This document shows, piece by piece, positions 7,773 to 14,389 of a stretch of DNA of 18,434 nt (positions within the stretch are counted from its first letter, which is position 1; every line of letters starts with the position of its first letter). The notes beneath the pieces were generated by a model. The model ran no database searches and was not told the DNA's origin. It saw only the letters and a program-made list of their open reading frames with translations. Source of the stretch: a virus. Lineage: Duplodnaviria > Heunggongvirae > Uroviricota > Caudoviricetes. The stretch lies in the IMG/VR virus record IMGVR_UViG_3300021430_000416, positions 1 to 18,434 of that record; one strand, 5' to 3'. The position numbers were made by a program, and so were the translations under genes.

Positions 7773-7803
7773 TTTGTATATCACAAAAAATATTGTATAT
7801 TTG
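7773..7803 (+). promoter_or_regulatory. Bacteroidota-type sigma70 promoter with TTTG-N7-CAAA dyad
   Basis: TTTG(7773-76)-N19-TATATTTG(7796-7803), a perfect consensus; CAAA at 7784-87; ATG at 7812. Confidence 0.8.
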
Positions 7804-7811
7804 TGCTTGTT

Positions 7812-8312
7812 ATGGGGACAAATTACTACAGAATACCTAGTCAAACTGAGATGAGGTCTCGAAAAGAGAGACTGATAAACGAACTCTACGGAATGGAGAT
7901 GTCACCGTCAAACACCCAACGAAATTTCTCATTACCAATTGAGGATAGTTGGGGGACCGAATCCCCATGGGACAGGTTTATAGATGGAACATCCGTTCAT
8001 TTGGGTAAACGAAGCGGTGGGTGGAAGTTTTGTTGGAATTTCCATAAGAACAAGTATTATTCCAATAAGGAACAACTCCTTGAATTCATTAGAATCGGTA
8101 GAGTTGTGGACGAGTATGGAAAGGAATGGGATTCTGAAGAATTTATTGAAATGGCTCTCAATTGGTGTCAACCTGATGGGTTAGTACTTAACAAAAGTTA
8201 TCGAGATAAATTAAGACAACAGGGTCATGGAACATTTTGGAATGATAGTGAAAAGTACGATGATTTAATAATCGATGGACTTCGTGTAAGTACATCAACA
8301 GAATTTAGTTAA
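7812..8312 (+). CDS. Conserved phage hypothetical protein (MGTNYY...HLGKRSGGW type)
   Basis: ATG7812 follows the promoter; the track's 7803 start overlaps the -7 element. 'MGTNYY' and 'HLGKRSGGWKFCW' resemble a widespread phage family I recall without a known function. Confidence 0.75.
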   Translation: MGTNYYRIPSQTEMRSRKERLINELYGMEMSPSNTQRNFSLPIEDSWGTESPWDRFIDGTSVHLGKRSGGWKFCWNFHKNKYYSNKEQLLEFIRIGRVVDEYGKEWDSEEFIEMALNWCQPDGLVLNKSYRDKLRQQGHGTFWNDSEKYDDLIIDGLRVSTSTEFS

Positions 8313-8313
8313 T

Positions 8314-8967
8314 ATGATAAAGTTAGATAAAAACAAAAAAGTTTGGATAACCTCAGATACTCACTTTGGACACACGAATATTTGTCGTGGTGTAACAAAT
8401 TGGAGAATGCCTGATGGTTCTATACCAATTAGTCAAACAAGGGATTTTGAAACCCTTGATAAGATGAACAATGCGATTGTGAACAACATCAATGAAGTTG
8501 TTGGTCAAGACGATATCCTAATACATTTAGGTGATTGGTCATTTGGTGGATTTGAAAATATACAAATCTTCAGGGATAGACTTGTATGTAGAGAGATACA
8601 TTTGGTGTTAGGTAACCACGACCACCACATTGATAGAAACAGACAGAATTGTCAAAGTTTGTTTGCATCGGTTAGTATGTTTCAACAATTTGAATATATG
8701 GGTGATACCATCGAATGTTGTCATTACCCGATATCAAGTTGGAACAACCTAAGAAAGGGTCGCGTTCATCTACATGGTCACTGTCACTTACCACACAACC
8801 AAAAGATTTCCAACGGTAGACGAATGGATGTTGGTTTGGATGGAAGTCCGGGTATGATGCCATACGATTTAAATGAATTGATTAAGAGTCTTAAAAAGTT
8901 ACCGATAGGTTCTGAAATGGGACCTCTTGACCATCATTTGGATGATATGAAAAATATTGTCGGTTAA
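8314..8967 (+). CDS. Calcineurin-like metallophosphoesterase
   Basis: 'TSDTHFGH', 'HLGDWSF', 'LGNHDHH', 'CHYP', 'HLHGHCH', 'DVGLDG'. Confidence 0.9.
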   Translation: MIKLDKNKKVWITSDTHFGHTNICRGVTNWRMPDGSIPISQTRDFETLDKMNNAIVNNINEVVGQDDILIHLGDWSFGGFENIQIFRDRLVCREIHLVLGNHDHHIDRNRQNCQSLFASVSMFQQFEYMGDTIECCHYPISSWNNLRKGRVHLHGHCHLPHNQKISNGRRMDVGLDGSPGMMPYDLNELIKSLKKLPIGSEMGPLDHHLDDMKNIVG

Positions 8968-8992
8968 ATCAAATATTAATAGAAATACAGTT

Positions 8993-9352
8993 ATGTTCAA
9001 AAAAATATTTAAAGACTTAGTAAACTCAAAATTTATGTTGAGTTTCATTGTAGGATTTGTGGTTGTACTAATGTACCACTTCGTTGTTTTACCGGGTTTG
9101 ACCTTGTCTAATACATTGGTTAATGTTGGTTCTGTGATTTTAGGGGTCATGTTATTGATGTTCTTATACTTCTTCATTAAGCATCACTATTTTAGTGTTG
9201 AGGAGTTTGAATTATTCACACCCGACCCTAATAAAGAACCTGAAACTGAGTTAGATTACAATCCTAATCCAAAACCAAAGAGTAGGAAAAGTAAATCGAA
9301 AAAAAAACAAACAAAAAAAGTGGATGGTCAAGCATCATCTGATGCAAAATAA
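8993..9352 (+). CDS. Membrane protein (2 TM) with acidic then Lys-rich tail
   Basis: Two hydrophobic stretches (FMLSFIVGFVVVLMYHFVVLPGL; VILGVMLLMFLYFFI). ATG8993 is preferred over TTG8957. Confidence 0.7.
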   Translation: MFKKIFKDLVNSKFMLSFIVGFVVVLMYHFVVLPGLTLSNTLVNVGSVILGVMLLMFLYFFIKHHYFSVEEFELFTPDPNKEPETELDYNPNPKPKSRKSKSKKKQTKKVDGQASSDAK

Positions 9353-9355
9353 AAG

Positions 9356-9380
9356 AAACCCCTCGGAAGAGGGGTTTTTT
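9356..9380 (+). terminator. Intrinsic terminator
   Basis: AAACCCCTC-GGAA-GAGGGGTTT followed by TTT. Confidence 0.9.
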
Positions 9381-9392
9381 GTTTGTGTACGA

Positions 9393-9400
9393 TATTTATA
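9393..9400 (+). promoter_or_regulatory. TATTTATA motif (putative late-type promoter)
   Basis: After the terminator, 17 nt before ATG9418. Confidence 0.55.
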
Positions 9401-9417
9401 TAAAAAAGTAAAACAAA

Positions 9418-9651
9418 ATGGCTAAAGTAATAAAGTTAAATCTTAGTGATATTGAGAATATCGTAAAAAAAACAATTAACGAAGCAGAATTCGATGATTT
9501 TGATGCTAAAATCCAACCTGAAGAATTACCGGGTGCGGACTCTTACGATGATGAGCAAGAAATGAAAAAGACCATGGCTATCGGTAAAGGTGAGGATGGT
9601 AAATTTTACGTAATTGATGTAGAGACAGGTGATATTTTAGGTGTTAAGTAA
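9418..9651 (+). CDS. Small protein with 'KVIKLNLSDIENIVKKTINE' N-terminus, possibly virion-associated
   Basis: The N-terminus resembles the 'KxIxLTESDLxxIVKxVIxE' leader I recall from many large-phage proteins. Acidic middle; C-terminal beta-hairpin-like 'GEDGKFYVIDVETGDILGVK'. Confidence 0.7.
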   Translation: MAKVIKLNLSDIENIVKKTINEAEFDDFDAKIQPEELPGADSYDDEQEMKKTMAIGKGEDGKFYVIDVETGDILGVK

Positions 9652-10167
9652 TTAATTTACTTCATCAACACTCTCTGAAACTTTTTTCTTTAGATTCTTA
9701 ATCATTTTCATAAGTTTCTCATCACGTTTGTTTTCAATTATAGTAGTTTTCTTAATCGAAGGTGACATCATGGCTTCAACCTGAACGGTATCACCACCCA
9801 TAACTTGATAATTAGGACGAGATTCTGAATTAACTATTCGGGTCTCGTTTTTCATTTTACGAGTATAGTTATCAATCTCATTAATCATCTCCAATATCTC
9901 AGTTTCTCTGCGAACAATTTCATCAACACATTCTCTTTGGTTTTTAATAACCTGAGTGTTCAATTCACTCACCCTTTTGTTCAATTCTATTATTTGAGTG
10001 TTCTGAGATTCTATTCTTAATTTCAATTCTTCGTCATTATATGTTAACGATTCGGTGATTTTCGGTCCAATCGAAATAATTATTATTGAAATTGACAAAA
10101 TAACCAATGCTGTGACTCTTTGTCTATTGGTGAATTTTGATAATATTTCAGATAAGTATTTAAACAT
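9652..10167 (-). CDS. N-terminally membrane-anchored coiled-coil protein (spanin-like topology, function unassigned)
   Basis: TM 'VTALVILSISIIIISIGP' followed by heptad-like 'LKLRIESQNTQIIELNKRVSELNTQVIKNQ'. Confidence 0.65.
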   Translation of the reverse strand: MFKYLSEILSKFTNRQRVTALVILSISIIIISIGPKITESLTYNDEELKLRIESQNTQIIELNKRVSELNTQVIKNQRECVDEIVRRETEILEMINEIDNYTRKMKNETRIVNSESRPNYQVMGGDTVQVEAMMSPSIKKTTIIENKRDEKLMKMIKNLKKKVSESVDEVN

Positions 10168-10171
10168 ATAA

Positions 10172-10179
10172 TATAAATA
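10172..10179 (-). promoter_or_regulatory. TATTTATA motif on minus strand (reads TATAAATA on plus)
   Basis: 4 nt before ATG10167 (-) and 14 nt before the divergent ATG10194 (+). Confidence 0.5.
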
Positions 10180-10193
10180 GTTTAATATTCAAA

Positions 10194-10556
10194 ATGACAA
10201 ACAAAAAGGGACTAAACACCAAAATTATTACAGTATTCAATCCTGAAAATGATGATGATTTCGAATTATTTGTTACCTATGAAATTTTAGATTCCGATTT
10301 ATTTGATGATGAGGACACTTATTATGATATAGATGGTGACATTGACCTTAAATCCTATGAACCCAATAATGATGATGAAATACCCGAATGGGTAAATGAA
10401 GATTTGGTTTATGAGGCATTACTTGAGGAAATTGACTCTGAACAAGATGAGGGGGAGGTACTCGACGAGGATGATGATTATTATGATGATTTTTCTGGAA
10501 TTGGTTCAAACGAACCTGAAGAAGATTTTTACAATGACGATGATGAAAATTACTAA
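10194..10556 (+). CDS. Extremely acidic protein (46/120 D+E)
   Basis: Hand count: 46 Asp/Glu, 4 Lys, 0 Arg; rich in Tyr/Phe. Confidence 0.75.
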   Translation: MTNKKGLNTKIITVFNPENDDDFELFVTYEILDSDLFDDEDTYYDIDGDIDLKSYEPNNDDEIPEWVNEDLVYEALLEEIDSEQDEGEVLDEDDDYYDDFSGIGSNEPEEDFYNDDDENY

Positions 10557-10597
10557 GTAATATTTTTCGTCATTTTTTTATTTCAAAATATTTTTTG

Positions 10598-10605
10598 TAT
10601 ATTTG
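10598..10605 (+). promoter_or_regulatory. -7 element TATATTTG
   Basis: Exact TAnnTTTG 21 nt before ATG10627; TTTT-N7-CAAA upstream at 10573-10587. Confidence 0.65.
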
Positions 10606-10626
10606 TCCTACACTAAAATATACAAA

Positions 10627-11112
10627 ATGAATAACTATCGAATTTTTTGTGACTTAGATGGTGTAATAACCGACTTCAACAAAGCGTATGAAGGTATTTC
10701 AGGTATTAAACTTTCTAAAGACGAACACAGGAATGATTCAGAATTTTGGGAACCAATTGAAAGGGCTGGTTACGATTTTTGGGTCAACATGGAATGGATG
10801 CCAGATGGTCACATTCTTTGGGATTTCATTTCCCCGTACAACCCCACAATACTTTCCGCACCATCAAGACAAAATGTTTCAAGAGTAGGTAAAGTCGATT
10901 GGGTGAATCGTGAGTTACCCGGTACCCCACTTATTTTAAGAAGTGCAAAACACAAAAAAGATTTTGCTGCACCTGATGCAATACTAATTGACGATAGACC
11001 TGACAATGTTCAAGGTTGGATTGATGCCGGTGGTATTGGTATCTTACACAAATCTGCGGAAGAAACTATTAACGAACTAATCCAAAAATATAATTTCAAT
11101 GATATACGTTAG
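10627..11112 (+). CDS. HAD-family 5'(3')-deoxyribonucleotidase-like protein
   Basis: 'IFCDLDGVITDF', 'MEWMPDG..LW', 'ILSAP', 'GK.DW', 'ILIDDR..N..GW..AGGIGILH'. ATG10627 is preferred because TTG10603 lies in the promoter. Confidence 0.8.
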   Translation: MNNYRIFCDLDGVITDFNKAYEGISGIKLSKDEHRNDSEFWEPIERAGYDFWVNMEWMPDGHILWDFISPYNPTILSAPSRQNVSRVGKVDWVNRELPGTPLILRSAKHKKDFAAPDAILIDDRPDNVQGWIDAGGIGILHKSAEETINELIQKYNFNDIR

Positions 11113-11770
11113 TATTGACATCGAGACAACAGGTCTTGAACCACTAAACAATAATGTACTATCTTTTGGTGCAATCATAGAAGACACCACAAAGAAGTTA
11201 CCATATGATAAACTACCCAAGTTTAATGCAATAATCATACAGAACCAAATAATAGGTTCACCGAGAGCAATTACAATGAATAAAGAAATCATTTCGATGA
11301 TTGGCTCATTCATTGAGGGTAGTGAGGACGATAAAACAAACCTTATTCACCACAGTGGTTATCTATTTTTGAAAGAAGATGAGTTAGCTCAAAAATTCTA
11401 CGATTTTCTTCATCTTAACGGTGTCTTACCAAATAAAGCGTTTGACCCAAATATGTACGTTAGAGTGGTAGACGGTAACATGTTACCAATGTTTAACAAT
11501 AACACACCACCCATAACAATCAATGTTGCCGGTAAGAACTTCGCAACTTTTGATAAGTTATTTTTGGAGGAACTACCTTGGTGGAAGAAAATAATTAAAA
11601 TCAGACAAAGAATTATCGACCCATCAGTTCTATATTGTAGGTGGGATGAAGATAATTCATTACCAAGTATGTTAACTTGTAAAGAACGTGCAGACCTAAA
11701 AGGTGAGGTTGCACATACCGCACTTGAAGATGCTTGGGATGTTGTTCAAATGTTACGTAAATTCTATTAA
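11099..11770 (+). CDS. DEDDh (DnaQ-like) 3'-5' exonuclease
   Basis: ExoI 'IDIETTGL', ExoII 'AGKNFATFD', ExoIII 'HTALEDAWD'. Overlaps the upstream gene by 14 nt. Confidence 0.85.
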   Translation: MIYVSIDIETTGLEPLNNNVLSFGAIIEDTTKKLPYDKLPKFNAIIIQNQIIGSPRAITMNKEIISMIGSFIEGSEDDKTNLIHHSGYLFLKEDELAQKFYDFLHLNGVLPNKAFDPNMYVRVVDGNMLPMFNNNTPPITINVAGKNFATFDKLFLEELPWWKKIIKIRQRIIDPSVLYCRWDEDNSLPSMLTCKERADLKGEVAHTALEDAWDVVQMLRKFY

Positions 11771-11782
11771 AATTAAAATCAT

Positions 11783-12781
11783 ATGTCACTAATTAAAGAA
11801 TTAAAAACAAACACAGAAAACCAAATTAATTTGGTTGAAATTTTACAATTATTTTGTCCTGAAGACAAAACAAAGTATGTCGATTTACTTTTGAGAATGG
11901 TTAAGAAAACAAAAAGTATTGACCGTTATGTAGATGAAGTAAAAGAGATTTTAAACAGAGAATTCGGTATCGAACAAAAAGTTTTGGATAAATTTTCACC
12001 TATCCAAATCATTTTAATGTATCGTTTTATTGAATCAACATTCAACTTCTCAGATATCAAAAATTATCAGAAATTCATTGAATATAATGAGAGGGGATTA
12101 ATATCCGAAAATGATTTGGGTAAATTCAAATCATTCGATGATATCATGAATGCAACTTCACTTGCCGAGGTTAAATCATACGAGAAAGATTTGGAAAAAC
12201 AAATCAGAGTTCTCTATAGTGACAATGAGTGGGTAGTTTTAAGACCATTAACATATCATGCATCGTTAAAGTATGGTTCATCAACAAAATGGTGTACCGC
12301 ATCCGAAAGTAATCCCGATTATTTCTTGCGTTATTCGAAACGTGGAATATTAATCTACATGATTAATAAAACAACCGGACTAAAAGTTGCTTGTTTTAAA
12401 TCATTGGATAGTGAACCCGAATTCTCTTTTTGGAATCAGGTAGATACAAGAATTGATTCGTTAGAAGCTAACTTACCTGACTTTATTTTAGATTTAGTTA
12501 GAAAAGAAGTTACTGGAAATCCTGTTACCAATTTTTCATATTTAAGTGAAGATGACAAAAAGAAACAAGAGAATCTTTTAGATAGGATTGGTCAGAAAAT
12601 GTCGGCAGTCGGAGAAACACTTGATGAACTCAGAACCGAAACCGCAGAAGAACAGATTGTCATGGAAGAATCTATGGACATGGAAGAACGTTATATTGGT
12701 GATGAAGTAGTAACAGAACAAGAACCGGCAATAAATGAAAGTGGACGAAGTAGTATGATAGGTAGGATATTGGGTCGTTAA
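11783..12781 (+). CDS. Conserved large-phage protein with 'PLT..AS.KYG..TKWCT' motif
   Basis: 'WVVLRPLTYHASLKYGSSTKWCTAS...YF..Y...G.LIYMI.K' resembles a domain I recall from large phages, possibly a distant PcfJ relative. Acidic low-complexity tail. Confidence 0.6.
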   Translation: MSLIKELKTNTENQINLVEILQLFCPEDKTKYVDLLLRMVKKTKSIDRYVDEVKEILNREFGIEQKVLDKFSPIQIILMYRFIESTFNFSDIKNYQKFIEYNERGLISENDLGKFKSFDDIMNATSLAEVKSYEKDLEKQIRVLYSDNEWVVLRPLTYHASLKYGSSTKWCTASESNPDYFLRYSKRGILIYMINKTTGLKVACFKSLDSEPEFSFWNQVDTRIDSLEANLPDFILDLVRKEVTGNPVTNFSYLSEDDKKKQENLLDRIGQKMSAVGETLDELRTETAEEQIVMEESMDMEERYIGDEVVTEQEPAINESGRSSMIGRILGR

Positions 12782-12799
12782 TGTAACTGTAAAATAATC

Positions 12800-12824
12800 A
12801 AGGGGGTTTTTGACCCCCTTTTTT
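12800..12824 (+). terminator. Intrinsic terminator
   Basis: AAGGGGGT-TTTTG-ACCCCCTT followed by TTTT. Confidence 0.85.
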
Positions 12825-12841
12825 ATTTTATCAAAAAAAAT

Positions 12842-12872
12842 TTTGATATTCTAAATATTGTTTGTATATTCG
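12842..12872 (+). promoter_or_regulatory. Bacteroidota-type sigma70 promoter
   Basis: TTTG(12842-45)-N19-TATATTCG(12865-72), one mismatch; ATG follows 5 nt later. Confidence 0.7.
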
Positions 12873-12877
12873 TACTC

Positions 12878-13351
12878 ATGAAAGGGATATTAACGGTACT
12901 ATTCACCATTCTGACTTTGAATTTATACTCTCAGTCACAGAATCTTAGGATACCCCAAAGAATGTTCAATCATTCATTGGCGTATGGTCCTAGAGGTAAT
13001 TCTTTATGGTATTCATACGGTTATGAGTTCAGTAAAGAAAAAACCAATGCAACTATTGGATTGGGTTTTGGTAAACTAATGGTTGGTTTGAATATGTTCA
13101 GTCCCGAGACTTGGGTAATTAATGGTAACCCACAGGAAGTGTATGTTAGTTTAAACTATGTTTATCATAATAAAGATTACAAGTGGTTTATGTTACTTGG
13201 CGGTGTGGGTAAATCCGTGGACGGTAACAATCAATTAATGTTTAGGGTTGGAGCAGATTTACGAGTTGCATACCCACTATATTTAACAACAAATTTCTAT
13301 CAAACAAACCAATCACATTTTATGGTGGGTGGTAAAATAATCATTTTTTAA
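12878..13351 (+). CDS. Secreted protein, predicted small outer-membrane beta-barrel
   Basis: Sec signal 'MKGILTVLFTILTLNLYS|Q'. Alternating aromatic/Gly strands (WYSYGYEF, YVSLNYVYH, FRVGADLRV, LYLTTNFY) and a terminal strand 'HFMVGGKIIIF' ending in Phe. Confidence 0.6.
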   Translation: MKGILTVLFTILTLNLYSQSQNLRIPQRMFNHSLAYGPRGNSLWYSYGYEFSKEKTNATIGLGFGKLMVGLNMFSPETWVINGNPQEVYVSLNYVYHNKDYKWFMLLGGVGKSVDGNNQLMFRVGADLRVAYPLYLTTNFYQTNQSHFMVGGKIIIF

Positions 13352-13352
13352 T

Positions 13353-13727
13353 ATGAAAATAGCACTTATTGCACACGACGGAAAAAAATCAGATATGGTT
13401 GCCTTCGTAATGAAAAGATTACAATTCTTCAACAGAGAAGATGTAAACATAGTTGCAACCGGTACAACAGGTAAAAAACTAGTACATGCCGGTGTAACTA
13501 AAGTTGAAACTGTTAATTCAGGACCTATGGGTGGCGATGCTGAAATTGGTTCAATGGTCGCAAGAAAAACAATCAATGCCGTGATATTCTTTAGAGACCC
13601 ATTGGATGCACATCCACATGAACCCGATGTACAAATGTTAATGAGAGTTTGTGATGTGCATGAGATACCTCTAGCAACAAACTATTCAAGTGCAAAAATG
13701 ATAATTGACTGTTTAATGTTAAAGTAA
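13353..13727 (+). CDS. mgsA: Methylglyoxal synthase
   Basis: Full motif set: 'IALIAHDGKK', 'ATGTTG', 'SGPMGGDAEIG', 'VIFFRDPL', 'HEPDVQMLMRVCDVHEIPLATN'. Confidence 0.95.
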   Translation: MKIALIAHDGKKSDMVAFVMKRLQFFNREDVNIVATGTTGKKLVHAGVTKVETVNSGPMGGDAEIGSMVARKTINAVIFFRDPLDAHPHEPDVQMLMRVCDVHEIPLATNYSSAKMIIDCLMLK

Positions 13728-13768
13728 AAAACGGAACAGATATTGTTAAACCTTAAAAATTAAAAATT

Positions 13769-14338
13769 ATGTTTTACAAATTCAACAAAGACACACTAGT
13801 GTGGGAAAAGAACGTAAAGAAAATTAGAATCACAATTTCGGTTCTTATTGTTTTAATGGTTTCATCGTTCATCTTGGGAAGATTCGCAAGGTTTGAAACA
13901 TTAGATGAATATGAAAGAGAGTTAATTGTGATTTCATTGGAAGATGAGAAAAATAAGTTCACCGAAGAAAAATTCGTTGAGGAACTTAAAAGACTAAATG
14001 TTAAGTTTCCACATATTGTCATGGCACAAGCGATTGTGGAGACAGGACATTACAAGAGTACGGTTTTTAAAGAGAATCATAATCTCTTTGGGATGAAACA
14101 AGCTACCCTTAGAATCAACACAGCTAAGGGAACACAGAACGGACATGCATATTATGACAATTGGCAACAATCTATTTACGATTACGCATTTTATCAATGT
14201 AGATATTTGAGTAATATTAAAAATGAAAAAGAATATTTCCTTTATCTCTCAAGTGTATATGCTGAAGCTGGTGATGGTTATGTTAATCTCGTCAAACAGG
14301 TCATCCAAAATCAAAAACTTGCAGAAAAATTCAAATAA
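13769..14338 (+). CDS. Membrane-anchored glucosaminidase-domain (GH73-like) peptidoglycan hydrolase
   Basis: TM 'ITISVLIVLMVSSFILG', then 'AQAIVETGHY.S.VF...HNLFGMK', 'AYYDNWQQSIYDY' and 'YAE..DGYV..V'. Confidence 0.85.
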   Translation: MFYKFNKDTLVWEKNVKKIRITISVLIVLMVSSFILGRFARFETLDEYERELIVISLEDEKNKFTEEKFVEELKRLNVKFPHIVMAQAIVETGHYKSTVFKENHNLFGMKQATLRINTAKGTQNGHAYYDNWQQSIYDYAFYQCRYLSNIKNEKEYFLYLSSVYAEAGDGYVNLVKQVIQNQKLAEKFK

Positions 14339-14340
14339 TT

Positions 14341-14371
14341 TTTGTGATATCCAAAAAAAGTTTTAATATTG
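14341..14371 (+). promoter_or_regulatory. Bacteroidota-type promoter with TTTG-N7-CAAA dyad
   Basis: TTTG(14341-44)-N19-TAATATTG(14364-71), one mismatch; CAAA at 14352-55. Confidence 0.65.
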
Positions 14372-14389
14372 TACAAAAATCATAATGTT

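Noticed and set aside
7932-9177. Alternative ORFs 7932-8171, 7984-8184, 8672-8863 and 8899-9177
   Set aside because: Nested in or antisense to better-supported CDS; no motifs.
10172-10179. TATAAATA as a classical T4 gp55 late promoter for the acidic gene
   Set aside because: Not excluded, but the other four intergenic instances read TATTTAT in the sense direction, so the minus-strand reading is more consistent. Left ambiguous.
10240-10556. GAT/GAA-rich low-complexity stretch as a tandem repeat or array
   Set aside because: It is explained by Asp/Glu codons; there is no fixed-length repeat unit.
11110-11112. Stop-codon reassignment (TAG is rare: this is the only TAG stop among called genes)
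   Set aside because: Genes are intact under code 11 and tile the window without fragmentation. Read-through here would add only two residues before a TGA.
10688-11313. Alternative ORFs 10688-10888, 10809-11006 and 11077-11313
   Set aside because: They overlap the nucleotidase and exonuclease, which have full catalytic motifs.
171-14371. Track start codons TTG171, TTG1297, TTG6512, 7803, TTG8957, TTG10603 and TTG14369
   Set aside because: 171 is internal to a frame open from the edge. The others lie in promoter motifs or upstream genes, and better ATGs exist at 1324, 6542, 7812, 8993, 10627 and 14390.
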